Part shown: piece after piece, positions 50,401-63,577 of the stretch | How positions within the stretch are numbered: the first letter of the stretch is position 1 | Layout of the letters: each line of letters begins with the position of its first letter | NCBI RefSeq assembly: GCF_006345805.1 | Contig: NC_042997.1 | Coordinates: 138,012,001 to 138,076,000 of the forward strand | Source of the DNA: Octopus sinensis | Taxonomy: Eukaryota | DNA: 64,000 nt | Direction of reading: 5' to 3' | The notes under the pieces: generated by a model | Told to the model about the DNA's origin: nothing | What the model saw: only the letters and a program-made list of their open reading frames with translations | The model's database searches: none | Made by a program: the position numbers and the translations under genes

Positions 50401-52901
50401 GAGGGAACAAACAAGGACAGACAAAGGGATTAAGTCGATTACATTGACCCCAGTGTGTAACTGGTACTTATTTAATTAACCCTGAAAGAATGAAAGGCAA
50501 AGTCAACCTCGGCAGAATTTGAACTGAGAACATAACAGCAAACGAAATACCGCTAAGCATTTTGCCCAGCATGCTAACGATTCTGCCAGCTCGCCGCCAT
50601 AAAGTTTATACATATATATGCCGGTGCCACATAGAAAGCACCCACTACACTCTTGGAGGGGTTAGGAAGGGCATCTAGCAGTAGAAACCTTGCCAGATCA
50701 GATTGGAATCTGGTGCAGCCTCCTGGCTTGCCAGTCCTCAGTCAAACCGTCCAACCCATGCCAGCATGGAAAGTAGACATTAAATGATGATATATATATA
50801 TTTATATATAATGGACTCTCCCATCGAAGATGATGTATGAGTGTTCAGTTTTGCTGAACGACCTGCACAAACGATTTGTTTATAGTGATGAAATATTTAT
50901 GCCACACATTAGCTCACTCCCTCCATCAAATTAACATTGTCTCAACAGGTGCACTGTGTACAATGTGTCAGGTGTCAAAATGATTGCAGGCCAACGTGAG
51001 ATGAAGTGTTTTGCTCAAGAATACAACACACCACTTGGTCGAGAAGTTAAAATTCCCATCTAGCAATCATGAGTGCAACACCCTAACTACTAGGCCATGC
51101 ACCCTCAATAATAATAATAATATTCGTATTTCGTAATTCATGTTGTTTACGTTTTGTGATGTCCTGTACCCATATATTTATATACATGTGTATGTATATA
51201 TATATATATTTTATTTATATTATTATATGAGTGAACACCACGCATTCATTTCCAAGTTTATCTTAATAATTTTGATGCGACTCTACCCTGTAGTTCTCTT
51301 CCTTTCTCTAATTCTTTTTTCTCTCCTCTCCCCTTTTCGTTTCTTCTCTCTCATCCTTTCTTTAATTCTTTTTATTCCCCCCTTCACTGTTTTCTGTCTC
51401 TCTCTCTCCTCCTCTTCCTCCTTTACTTTCTCTCGTTCACACGTGACCATCATCCATCTTTTTTTCCCTCACATGAACATCTTTCTTTTCCTTCAGTCTG
51501 TCACACAGATCAGATGCATTCTTATCTATCTCCTCTTCTATCTTTTATCTTGTCAAAGAATATTCCTCCAGCGTTCGTTCGCTACCTACCTCATCTAGCC
51601 TAAAAGCCCTCCATGTTTGTTTTGGTTTGGTTTGTTGTATGTCTCCACTGCCCTGTTTTTTGTTACCAACTTTGACTCTTGGCAAATCCCAAATTTTATT
51701 TTGGTTCACAGGAGCAACTGTTTTTCGAATCCTCATATTGTCGTTAATTGCTTGAAATGTGGAGAAAATGAATAGCTGATAACTGATGAAGGGTCATTCT
51801 TTATGTTGTCTTGTTTTCCATGTCTCTTATTGTTCACATACCCAAGTTTGCCTTTGCATTTCATGTTGTTTTCGTATTTCGTAATTCACGTTGTTTTCAT
51901 ATTTCATGTTGTTTACCTTTTGCGACGTCCTGTAACCATATGCATATATATGTACATATATGAATGTATATATGCATATATATATATATTTTATTTATAT
52001 ATGTGTGTGTGTATATATATATATATACACACTCGCGGAGTGGTTGGCGTTAGGAAGGGCATCCAGCTGTAGAAACACTGCTAGATCAGACTGGAGCCTG
52101 GTGCAGCCCCTGGCTTTCCAGACCCCGGTCAAACCGTCCAACCCGTGCTAGCGCGGAAAACGGATGTTAAACGATGATGATGATGATGACATTTTATTTA
52201 TATATATATATGTGTGTGTGTGTATGTATATATATATATATATATAAGAAATTAAATAAATGACAACAGAATAAGAAATTCTCATAAACTTCATTAGCTT
52301 ACAGTTGTTTCTGCTATAAGTTGCAAGCACTCAAGGTTGAGTGCTTGTGAATTACCCTATAACTTCATCAGAGTTTCAAAAATTAAGTGCAATTTTATCT
52401 GGGAAAGCATTTAAGTTTATATTTATACAGAAAGCATTACCATTGAAAAAGGTATAAACATATGTAGGAAATGAAGTATGGAGTTTGAGGGGAAGAAGCC
52501 CTTCCCAGAAATATGAAATGGTGACATTCATTTAAAACTATGGTATATATATATATCATCATCCTCATCGTTTATCATGTTTTCATGCTCGTATGGGTTG
52601 GACAGTTTGACCAGAGCTGATAGGCAGGAGAGCTGTACAGGTTCTAGTCTGATTTGGCTTGGTTTCTATAGCTGGGTACCCTTGCAAATGCCAACCACTT
52701 TATAGTGTGCATTGGGTGCTTTTAACATGGCACCAGCAAAGGGCTCTTGCAGGCCAAGTTTCTTCATCAAGAGGAGCAGCCTTAACACTTCTGCTGTGGA
52801 AGACAGGTCTTCTTGAGTACAAGGCACCAGATATCTTGGTCTTTTGTCATTTCCTTTGAAAGGTTTGGTGAGTTGAAGTTGTCCTCATATATATGTATGT
52901 A

Positions 52902-54458
52902 CACATTGTTTCCTTTTACTATGCAGGTCAATAATTCCTCAATAAAATAAAAAACCCTTATCTGATTTTCTTAAAAACTTTACAGGATATGTAGGATTAT
53001 GTATCCCATGTCTCATGTAATTTTTGTCTAAATCAGTGTACATTTAAAGCAGAAATGAAGAAAAACATGTTTATAGGGTGTCTCTTTTTATTATGCAAGT
53101 TAACAAGATACTGCTTTCCCCCATGTGATATGTGGTTTTGAAATGGTTTTTTTTCTGAATTTCAGATACAGAATATATAGAAATGGGTCAAAGTAAAGAC
53201 ACAAAATCAAAGGAGAAGAAAGAAATAGTGAAACTACTGGGAGAAGTGGGTACAAGTGTAATTTCTAAAAAGCTAAATAGAGATCACAGAACAATAAAAA
53301 ATAAAAACAGGTACAAAAAATAGAGAGATTAAGAATAAGGGAGAAAACAGGTTTCAAGAACATCACAAATAGAGATAAGAGAAAACTCAAAAGAATTATG
53401 TGTAAGGAAAGTGGGTTAACCAGCAAACAAATCTTTGTTGTGTCTCTAACATACAAAGGAAAAAACATTGCACAATACTAAATGAAATAGGCAAAGTCAT
53501 AAATTTCACAAAATTGCCTCCTTTAAATAAAGTACACAAAGAAAAAAAGAATGGCATGGGCAAAAAGATATATGAAGGCAGACTTTACAAATGTAATTTC
53601 TACTGATGAATGCAGAGCAACATTAGATGAATCTGATAGATGGGCAAGAAACTGGGTGTTATATGGAAAAAGTCAACCAACACGATTAAGAAGACAGCAG
53701 GGTGGTAGAGGAATCATGTTTTGGGCTGGTATAGTTGGGGGAGACATTAGAGGTCCATTTAAGGTTGCTGATGGAGTCGAGATGACAACGTCTTTCATTG
53801 GTACAAGTCAACATTGTTAAGTTTCAAGATAAAGAGCATAATAATGCCCCTTCATGCTCTGCCAAAATCACTATTAACCATTTAGCTAAGAAAGGTTTCG
53901 AAGAACATAAGATTAATGAAATGGACCCCAGTCTCCAGATCTAAACCTAACAGAATTTGTGGTAAATTTTTAAATAAATGTATATTCTAATGGTAAACAA
54001 GGATTTACTATGGGAAGCAAAAAGAAAACTGTTGCAAGTAACATTGAAAGTAAGATTGTTGAGAAATTGATAAAATCAGTTGATGAGAGAATATTTAAAG
54101 TTATAGATGGTAAAGGAGGTTATGTAAAGATGTAAAATATATACATAATTGTTTGTAAATATAATTATATGGTGGAAGATATACGTATATATTAATGGTC
54201 AGGTTATGTATTGTTCTATATGTAAATCACATTACATCGTAGTTTATATATTTGTTAAATTGCATAATAAAAAGAAACACCCAATAAATGTGCTTTTCTT
54301 CATTTCCATTTTAAATGTACAGTGATTTAGACAAAAAGTACACAAGACAACGGATACATAATCCTACATATCCTGTAAAAATTTCAAAAAAATGGGGCAA
54401 AGGGTTCTGATTTTCTTGAGGCATGATTGACCGGCATAATAAAAGGAAACATAATGTA
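52902..54458 (+). mobile_element. Full-length decayed Tc1-like transposon (D37E spacing, TRT-like)
   Basis: TIRs longer than 200 bp flanked by TA. Transposase from ATG 53183: LNRDHRTIK, STDECRATLD, RLRRQQGGRGIMFWAGI, H(N)NAPS and SPDLNLTE. Confidence 0.9.
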
Positions 54459-54990
54459 TATGTAACAGTTGTTAATGAATATCACCATCATACATGTTGT
54501 GTCCTTAATTTCTCATCTCCCATGAAAACATGTCAAGCCATGAGGAAATTATTACCTTGTTTGAAAATGGGTAAGGGTTGGTGACAGGAAGAGCATCCAG
54601 CCATAAAAACTCTGCCTCAATAAATTATATTAACCCATACAAGCATGGTAAAATGAGCATTAAACCAATGGGGACAATGATGATAGTGATCCACAATTGT
54701 GTTGCTTGATGATACCCAACATTTTTGTCAAACTTACCTAAGAGGTACTTTATATTTAAATGTTATATAAGAGATACTTAGTTTTACTCTCTAGTTATTT
54801 TTATTGTAACATCTCAGTAATACAAACTATTTTCATTCCAATATCTAGCATCTTTAAAACGTCTTCCTTTTCTGGTCATTTCAACATGCTTTGACCATTT
54901 AATTCAGATACATTTTTTTTCTCTCACTCATCTATCCTTTCCATAGAAGAGCATAGGCTCAGCACTTCTTTCATTTTTCCTGAGTGTTAA

Positions 54991-55204
54991 CCCATTGCAG
55001 ATGGGAAGCGGTATTCACCACATTGAAATACTGTGTGTGTGAGCAGTGCAATGTCTCACTCTGTGCAGCACCGTAGTTTCAAATATATCACACTGAGAAG
55101 AATCTTTAAATACACTGTAAAATTCCTTGTATGAAATAAGTTACTGAATGGCCAAATACTGATACACAGCACAGACTGTCAGTACTAAATCCATCTACAA
55201 GGGA
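54991..55204 (+). mobile_element. piggyBac-derived miniature element
   Basis: TTAA flanks and imperfect 14-bp TIR CCCATTGCAGATGG. The interior encodes CEQCNVSLCAAP*FQIYHTEKNL*, the piggyBac C-terminal Cys-rich domain. Confidence 0.75.
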
Positions 55205-56394
55205 TTAAACTAATATACCGTTAGTTGTTCTTCTCAAGTGAAGGTGCATGGCTCAGTGGTTAGAGCGTAAGGCTAACAAGCATAAGGTAGTAAGTTTGGT
55301 TCTCGAACTGGGCTGTGTCATGTTCTTGAGCAAGACACATTGTTTCATGTTGCTCCAGTTCACTCAGATGAAGAAATGAGTCACAACGTCACTGGAGCCT
55401 AGCTATATTGGCCTTTGCCTTTCCTTTGGATAACATTGATGGTGTGGAGAGGGGAGGCTGGTATGCATGGGCGACCACTGGTCTTCCATAAACAACCTTG
55501 CCTGGACTTGTGCTTTGAAGGGGAACTTAAAATGAAAGTATATATTGATTTCAAATTTTTTACCACAAGGCCAGCAATTTCAGGGGAGGGAGTAGGTCAA
55601 TTACATCAACCCCAGTGCTCAACAAATACTTATTTTATCGACCCTGAAAGGATGAAAAGCAAAGTTGACCCTGGTGGAATTTGAATTCATATCATAAAGA
55701 CAGACAAAATGTCACTAAGCATTTTGCCCAACGTACCAATGATTCTGCCAGCTCTGCAAGTCTTGTGAGTGTGGATTTGGTAGATGAAAACTGAAAAAGA
55801 AGTTTAGTGTGTGCAGTGTACATCCTCTTCTGTTTATAATTATTTAAATTCTTCTGCTGAAGGAGTTGTTTTCTAACCAAGATACAAAGCTTCATCACTG
55901 GAATGTAGATAACAAAAACAATGTCAGATTTTATACTGGAGGAGTCTTGCATGTTTTTACTGTTCCACTTACAGAATGTATTTGTAATGTGCAAGTTAGT
56001 TGATGTATGCAAGTATGTATGTGTTTATGCGTATGTTGTGCACAGGTATGTGTTTGTGTGTACCCATGTCCTTGACATTATGTGATAGTTGTAAGCAAGC
56101 TTTGCCATTATACAAATGAAGTTGTTTGTTTCCAGTCATCCAGGGAAACCATGCCTGACCATGGAAGATATTACCATGTTTGGAAATAGGTAAGGATTGG
56201 TGACTGGAAGAGCATCTGCCTCAACAAGTTCCATTTGTTGTTGTTGATAATGATGAAGATGATGATGGTACATACACACATGAATAATAAAAACATTCTC
56301 CTTACACTGAAATGGTTGGAGTGGATGTAGAAAGAAATTCAAGAACAGGTTAGAAATACTAAAATCAAATACTGTAGATAATTAAATAAGTCTT

Positions 56395-56400
56395 TTTATT
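56395..56400 (-). terminator. Probable SF3B3 polyadenylation signal
   Basis: First AATAAA seen, about 330 nt after the stop codon. Confidence 0.5.
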
Positions 56401-56731
56401 ATTATTATTATTATCATTATTATTATCAGTGATGATGGTGATAGTAGAAGAGATGTCACTGTGAAAATATTTACAAAATGTTCAGAAAAAAAAAACTCCC
56501 AATTTCTAGACTGCTGCTGTTTCCTAGTTTGCGTGCCAAGAAAAGAAAAACCCATCAGGATGATTTTCTTGAAATTCATTTAGTTTGGCAGGAAAATGCA
56601 TAACCGCAATTGTCCAAAGAGTAAAACAATTCCTACTGATGTCAGGTTGAGGTGGACAGGAGGACAAAATGAAAAATGATCCCTGTTGTAGTGTCAGCTG
56701 TCAGTATTTCTTGTTCCAAAAATACTCTGCT

Positions 56732-56776
56732 CTAGAAGGCATAACGAGTTCTGGTATCCTCCAATTTCTTAGAGAC
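56732..56776 (-). CDS. SF3B3: Splicing factor 3B subunit 3, last coding exon
   Basis: VSKKLEDTRTRYAF*; acceptor ttttgcag. Confidence 0.97.
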   Translation of the reverse strand, partial: VSKKLEDTRTRYAF

Positions 56777-57510
56777 CTGCAAAAGAAATGAAAGAGATAT
56801 TTTAATATAGGAACACACATATCCATTCCATAGTACATTCTCTAAAATGGTTGATAAACAAATGAAGACAAAGTTTGATGGAAAGGGCCCTTTAATTTGA
56901 TTGTTCCTATTGAGGGCATGATCTCTTTAGTACTAGTACCACAATCTAATGCACCTGATCATCATCGTCATTTAACGTCCACCTTCCATGCTGGCATGGG
57001 TTGGGTGGTTTGACAGCAGCTGGTCAGGCAGAAGACTGCACCAGACTTCTGTGTCAGTTTTGATGTGGATTTTACAGCTTCCTAACACCAACCACCCAGC
57101 AGAATGAACTGATTGCTTTTTGTAAATTGGTTGGTGATAGGAAGGGTGTCTAGTCATAGAAACCAAACTGAAAATGAAACAGTGAAATGTGGCTCTCTGG
57201 CCCATCTAGCAAGAGCAGAGACTCTTAAATAAAAACTGATTCAGACCACAACAGTCTGTCCAACCCAAGGTAAAAAGGAAAGCAGTTCTAAGAAGGAAGA
57301 ATCTGATTAAGCAAAGTGAATACCCTTGCTGACTAAAAGAATAAGTTGGGAATAGCAGGTACTCCCCTGCCACACTCAAATCTCTAATTTTTCTTAACTT
57401 GGCTCTACGATTAACATTCTGCTCTGAGGACTCTAAACCACATTGATATTTCCCAAGATGGGATGAGAATTAAATGAATACTGAACAGATTAAAAGCAAT
57501 GTATTCTTAC

Positions 57511-57606
57511 CTCACTAGGGGTACGGTCTAAATCGTCACAAACGCCTTTTTGCTTTCCAACATCCATGGAGTTGAACATCTCACAGAGGTCGCCATCAAT
57601 GACATT
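57511..57606 (-). CDS. SF3B3: SF3B3 exon
   Basis: NVIDGDLCEMFNSMDVGKQKGVCDDLDRTPSE; 96 bp, AG/GT. Confidence 0.97.
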
Positions 57607-58071
57607 CTGAAAGGATAACAGAAAAAAGATAGAAGTAAAATACTAAAATATAATTAATAGAAATCTTAAGAAAAAAAATTACATAATCATTGTTAGTAGG
57701 GGGTAGGTAATGTTTTTTAAAGACTTTATACAAACAGAATCAGTTACTGCCAAAAATATTACCAACATCAACAGCCATCAATAAATGTGCTTCCTTATGA
57801 AGTATATCATTACAAAACTAATAAGTAACACTGTTATAATGATTTTTTTCTGCAGAAACATCTAAAGCAAAATATTCACACTAAAAATGGGTCAACACTT
57901 AAATAATTCACTAATTGTACCACTTCTAAAAATCTACTGCAATGTTTAATTTTTGTTACAGCTAACAATGAAGATGAGGGTAATGGCACCACCAGCATTA
58001 CTTTCCTCACCTTCAGTAGTCATTTACAGTGGCTACCAAGTTAGATAAAGTTAAGAGAAATGCTTTTTTAC

Positions 58072-58176
58072 CTTGACAGGGAAGTAATATGAACGGAAAG
58101 AAAGATGATCTCGACCACAAAGTGGAGGATGTTCTGAGCGCATGTACATCTCTAAATGCTGGAAAAAGTCATGGTC
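58072..58176 (-). CDS. SF3B3: SF3B3 exon
   Basis: [35 protein letters not shown]; 105 bp. Confidence 0.97.
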
Positions 58177-59076
58177 CTGGAAAACAAAACACATTCAAAT
58201 GGAAATGAATATAAAAATGTATTTTGTATAATGAGATGGAGTGGGGTGGGGGGAGAAATCAGATAACACAACTAAAGGTAACAACCAATCAATTCCTGAA
58301 AAAATGTCTTGCAAGAAACATTAAACATTTAATCACTGGCACTCATCAACTAAAGTCAATCCATGAAACGCTACTTCTCTAGGGAAACAGGTAATCCTGC
58401 TAGCTTCAAATATGAGATTTCCACTTTTCTGAAGGTTGTCTGATTGTCTGTTAATCAAGCATATGTAAACAATGTTTGAATAATGTATTTGTGTATGTAT
58501 GGTCTGTGTGTGTGTGAACTTTGTGTATGAATTAAGAATTATTAAGAATTGTCATGTGAGTGTAGCTTTGATACAGTTACACAGTTGCAATTTTTATAGT
58601 TGTTGTCTTCCACTTTGGCAATAGGAGCTTTGCTTAACAAGGAGTATGACTGAGCAAGGTGACAATAATTAAATAATAATGGTTTCAAATTTTGGCACAA
58701 GGCCAGCAAGTTTGGGAGAGAGGGTAAGTCAGTTACCTTGACCCCAGTGCTCAACTTGTACTTATTTATCAGCCCCGAGAAGATGAAAGACAAAGTCAAA
58801 CTCAGTGGAATTTGAACTCAGAAAGGAAAGATGAATGAAAGGCTGCTAAGCATTTTGCCCAGTGTGCTAATCACCACCTTAAAATGATTAACTAATAATC
58901 ATTTCTACTAAAGGCACAAGGCCTGAAATTTTGGAGGAGGGGACTGAAGGTTGAGCAGCAAATAATTGCTGAGCTGAATTTCAATAATAATTAAGGCTAG
59001 ATAATGTGAACAATAGTAGGTTATTGTGGAATAAAATACATTCTTAAAAATATTTCTAGAAAGAGATTCAACATAC

Positions 59077-59220
59077 CTCATGTGAAGTGAAAGGAACTAG
59101 CATTCCAATACTGCCAGATAATGTTGTATAGACCAAGGACTCTGATCCACCAGGGATGAGGGTAGCCTTCTGTAAAGATGTCACTACTTCACCGACATGA
59201 AAGTTAGCAATGACATCAGC
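59077..59220 (-). CDS. SF3B3: SF3B3 exon
   Basis: ADVIANFHVGEVVTSLQKATLIPGGSESLVYTTLSGSIGMLVPFTSHE; 144 bp. Confidence 0.97.
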
Positions 59221-59518
59221 CTAAAAACAAAAGATCAAATATATAAAAAAATATTATAGCTACATATCTGTTTTTAAAGGAAGCTTATAAATTCATTCAT
59301 TTAATAAAACATTTGTTACAATTAAGCATATGTGAATGTAGTGTAACTTTTTTCAAAAACATTACAAAGATTAATTTATTATTTATAAAACAAAAAAAGC
59401 TTTACCAAAGGAGCAATTTGTTTGAAATAAAACGTCTTAAGGATCTTTTGTTTTGCCTGAAAAAATACCACACACACACACACATACACACACAAGAAAT
59501 GAACTCTCAAGTACAAAC

Positions 59519-59617
59519 CTTTTGAGAAGCACCATTAAGTAAACCTCGATCCCAAAGTGCTTTGTTACCAGTTGGATCTTCTTCAACTTCATCACAGACG
59601 TCAGGAGGTAAACGAAT
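59519..59617 (-). CDS. SF3B3: SF3B3 exon
   Basis: IRLPPDVCDEVEEDPTGNKALWDRGLLNGASQK; 99 bp. Confidence 0.97.
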
Positions 59618-60040
59618 CTAAGCAGAAAGAAAGATTTGTTATATCATGAAGTTTCATTAGCAACCAACCTAATCAGCTAAAACAGTACCTCAATTAAAAT
59701 TATTATGTTTATGGATCATCTACATCAACATACCATTAGAAAAAAGACACATTCTATTTCAGTAATGCAAAGTAGTGAGTTCATTTTGCCAGTGAAATGA
59801 TAGCAAACTGTATCGATCAGTCATAGCTATGTTTTAATAAATCAAACCAGAATCATTTGTTTACAACTGTCCACTAAATCCATCCATAAAAAAATACACT
59901 AGTAAATCTGCAAAAAATCTAAGCAATATGATTTACCCATTACCATTTAAACTGCCCAAATATTCATTCTACCTGTTTAAGTTAGAACAAGCCTGGCCTC
60001 TCAGACCTAAACAGCAATGTCATTCTAAAAGTAAACAATC

Positions 60041-60338
60041 AGGCACAGGAGTCGCTGTGTGGTAAGAAGTTTGCTTCCCAACCACTGCTTGGTACCTTGG
60101 GCAAGTGTCTTCTACTACAGCTTCAGCCTTGTGAGTGGATCTGATAGATGGAAACTGAAAGAAGCTCATCGTGTATGTAATATATTTACAACCCCATAAC
60201 TTAGCGGTCTGGTAAAAAAAAACCAATAGAATAAGTACCAAGCTTAGAAAAAAAGCACTGGGGTTGATTCATTCAACTAAAATTCCTCAAGGCAGTGCCC
60301 CAGCATGGCTGCAGTCTAATGACTGAAACAAGTAAAAG
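60041..60338 (+). mobile_element. SINE family B in an SF3B3 intron
   Basis: Head, CORE-like centre and tail gtgccccagcatgg..gactgaaacaagtaaaaga. Confidence 0.75.
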
Positions 60339-60590
60339 AATCACATCATTTGAAATCTCAAAGCTACAAGATAATTTATGATTGATTCAAAATAATGTGA
60401 ATAAATAAGCATTATATTTGACAGAATCTGAATGCTAAAGATTTAAAGTATGGTTTAAGTAACCCAGCATAGTGACTTTAATGATGATTATATCAAGTGC
60501 ATTACACAATTTGAAAACAACCATGCACTGAAACTAATTACGAGTATGTGCTGCTATGTAAAAGTTATTTCTTTTGATTGAAGGTTTTAA

Positions 60591-60810
60591 CCCTTTAGCA
60601 TTCAGCTTTCTCTGTCAAATCTTATGCTTATTTATTCACATTGATTTGAATTAGTCATGCATTACTTTGTAGCTTTGAGATTTCAATGATGTGATTGTTT
60701 ATTTTGAGAATGACATTGTAGGGTAGATGTAAGCGGCCAGATCTGTCCAGTTTCAAGATAAAACTGGTAGGTTATTTTGGCCAGATATGGTTGGTTTAAA
60801 TGCTAAAGGG
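60591..60810. mobile_element. piggyBac-type MITE, 220 bp
   Basis: TTAA|CCCTTTAGCATT...AATGCTAAAGGG|TTAA. Partial copies at 60339-60446 (inverted) and 48810-48955. Confidence 0.9.
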
Positions 60811-61153
60811 TTAAACTATCTTTATGGTTTCAATTATTTCGGAGAACAGCCATGTTTTAATGAGGTCAATATTCAGTAGTAGAAAATTTTGATACTGACA
60901 GCACTAGAAACAGTTCTTTTTCTTAATAGTTTTCTGCACAAGATAATTCTATGTAAGCACTGGAAACTACTGAACAACAAATTTCCAGTAAAATATTTCA
61001 GCACTGAGTCAGTTTCTCTCTTTTTCTTTACTACAATGTCCATGGCAAAGCACAGTTCCATAAGAGGAATATGTGAATCTTCAGAAGAATTCATTCAATG
61101 TATCTTCATACTGAAACAAGTCAAACAATGGCCATAACTGTATTCAAACTTAC

Positions 61154-61366
61154 CACTGTGATGTTACCAAATTTATCTGCAGTTGCCACAGTATCGTAGT
61201 CAAGTAGACATGAACTGGTTACCCAACGAGGTGTCGTGTCATCAGCAAATACAATTAGTTGGTTCTCAGGTCGTTTGTAACGGACAAAATTAATACTTTC
61301 TTGGATATCAGAGACAACAATCCGGTGACCCAATGTTAAAATACTCATGATAAAGTTTGGAATACG
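61154..61366 (-). CDS. SF3B3: SF3B3 exon
   Basis: RIPNFIMSILTLGHRIVVSDIQES...ADKFGNITV; 213 bp. Confidence 0.97.
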
Positions 61367-61789
61367 CTGAAATATTTAGAGAAAAGAAAAAATATTATAC
61401 ATAGATGATTATTACTTCAATCACAGAATGACTTCATTTTACCTTGCTCTCAAAACTAAATTCTGACAGTTCTAATAAATAAAACATGTCAATATCTCCG
61501 AACTCTAAAAGAGCACTATTAGATTCCACTCATTTATTTTCAGTCACAATCAGTGAACAATGGCATCATTAGTTACAAGTTTCTAGTAGTTCAACCATTG
61601 CTTCTCTATTGGCAAGAATGACAAGGGAATGTCTGTACTTTGATGCAGAACGAATATCACAAGGGACTGCATTCAGAAAGCAATGGTTTTGTAAATTTCT
61701 TATCATGTTTGCCATCATTCATCAATAGACATCTGTGAGCTTCTGCACAGCTGTTGCACTATGGGGCTGAAAGATCAAACAAAACTTCA

Positions 61790-62270
61790 CAATCAAATCA
61801 AATCAAAATCGATGAACAACAATGGAATTTGTATTTTGTGGCACATAAGAAAACCATCCGAACGTGGCCGTAGCCAGTACCGCATCGACTGGCCTCCATG
61901 CTGTGGGCACGTAACAAACACCATCCGATCATGGCCGTGTCAGCCTTGCCTGGCCTCTGTGCCGGTGGCACGTAAAAAACACCATCCGAGTGTGGCTGTT
62001 CGCCAGCCTCGTCTGGCACCTGTGTCGGTGGGACATAAAAAATACCATCCAAGCGTGGCCGTTCGCCAGCCTCGTCTGGCACCTGTGTCGGTGGCACATA
62101 AAAAGCACCCACTGCACTCACGGAGTGGTTGGCTTTAGGAAGGGCATCCAACTGTAGAAACACCACCAGATCTGACTGGCCTGGTGCAGCCTTCAGGCTT
62201 CCCAGACCCCAGTTGAACCGTCCAACCCATGCTAGCATGGAAAGCGGACGTTAAACGATGATGATGATGA
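61790..62270 (+). mobile_element. Family D element with internal tandem repeats of about 63 bp
   Basis: Repeated aaaaacaccatccgagtgtggc..gtggcac units followed by the (TGA)n-ending tail. Confidence 0.75.
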
Positions 62271-62744
62271 CAGCCCTGTCTGCACCAATTTACAATACAT
62301 GAATGATGCAAACTTCCAGTGGATTAAATACCATTTACTATAGTCAGCAATCTCAGATGACCCGAGTGACAACATTCAAAACAGTTAAGTGACTTGAACT
62401 ATCAAGAATACACCAAATACTTTCTGTTGATTTGCACATAAAACCACACCTTCTGAACCATTTCATATATTTTGATGATTATGGTAGAAAGAATTCATAT
62501 TGTCTTTGTTACAGCAAATTTATTAAACCATTTGGATACCACTGGCTATTGTCATTTTGCTACACATACAAGAATCAAACATAGCTGTACAAAGTATATT
62601 AGAAACATCAATCATTTTTAAGTCAGGTCAATAACTAATTACTACTAAACATTTCTAATAACTCCATTTCACTATTTTAGTTCACTTAAATTAAAATATG
62701 AAATAATATGTATATATACATTATATATACATACTGTAGACATA

Positions 62745-62964
62745 CAAGGGGGTGCTGAAAAGATCCTGGCTTTAAGGGTATCGCAAAAGGCCTGATTGGA
62801 GGCCCAACATTCCGAGTTCTTTTGCACAGCTTAGAAAAACATAAGGACTGCTGCAATAAGTGTGTAAATTTGAGAGGGGAATATGTTGTTGAATAGAATC
62901 ATAATTAACTGATCCTCTTGTATTTTCTTTTACCCAAGGCTAGGAACTTTACAGCACCCCCTCA
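62745..62964 (+). mobile_element. Mariner-derived MITE
   Basis: TA-flanked TIRs caagggggtgctgaaaag / ctttacagcaccccctca. The interior retains a CNKCVNLRGEYV remnant. Confidence 0.85.
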
Positions 62965-63014
62965 TACATATATTGTGTGTGTGTGTGTGTGTGTGTGTGT
63001 GCATGCATGTGTAT

Positions 63015-63059
<45 letters not shown>

Positions 63060-63105
63060 ATATATATCCATGCTAGCATGGAAAACGGACGCTAAATGAT
63101 GATGA

Positions 63106-63139
<34 letters not shown>

Positions 63140-63154
63140 AAAAAAAGACAATAC

Positions 63155-63437
63155 CTTATTTTCACATTTTCTGAGCAGCTTTTTCTTCCCAAGATCATAT
63201 ATACGAAGATATCGGCCAGTTCCTATTAAGGCTCGGCCTTGGAATGAAGCAATGGCACCAGGAAGCTCATCGACCACAGTCTTATGTACAAACTCTAGCT
63301 TCTCTCCAGAATTCAGAAGTTTGTAACAATAGATAAAACCCCCACTGAGAGAACGTGGGTTCAGTACTAATTCCTTTGCTGTTCCTACAAGCACATGCAT
63401 GTCATCACTGGCGCATGAAAACCGCACAAGGGCAATG
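63155..63437 (-). CDS. SF3B3: SF3B3 exon
   Basis: (S)IALVRFSC...YDLGKKKLLRKCENK; 283 bp, phase 2 in, phase 0 out. Confidence 0.97.
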
Positions 63438-63577
63438 CTAGAGGGGGAAAGAAAAATTGAAGATTGTAAATTCCATTAGAAATAATCAGTTCAATTTATG
63501 AATAATTTATAAAGAAATTAAAATGGAAATAAAACATAAGATAAAATAGAGAAATGTAAGGAACATGTTAAACAAAC

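Noticed and set aside
51770-51810. CTGATGA followed by AGGG in a direct-repeat-flanked relic (51120-51990)
   Set aside because: No downstream GAAA or stem III, so it cannot be called a hammerhead.
61845-62105. Regularly spaced repeats resembling a CRISPR array
   Set aside because: Contiguous 63-bp tandem units inside a retroposon, with no unique spacers, in a eukaryotic context.
56777-63577. Intronic box C/D snoRNA (human SF3B3 hosts SNORD111/111B as recalled)
   Set aside because: Candidates near 58258-58348 and 61673-61727 have imperfect C boxes, no terminal stem and no recognisable rRNA guide. A snoscan/Infernal run would be decisive.
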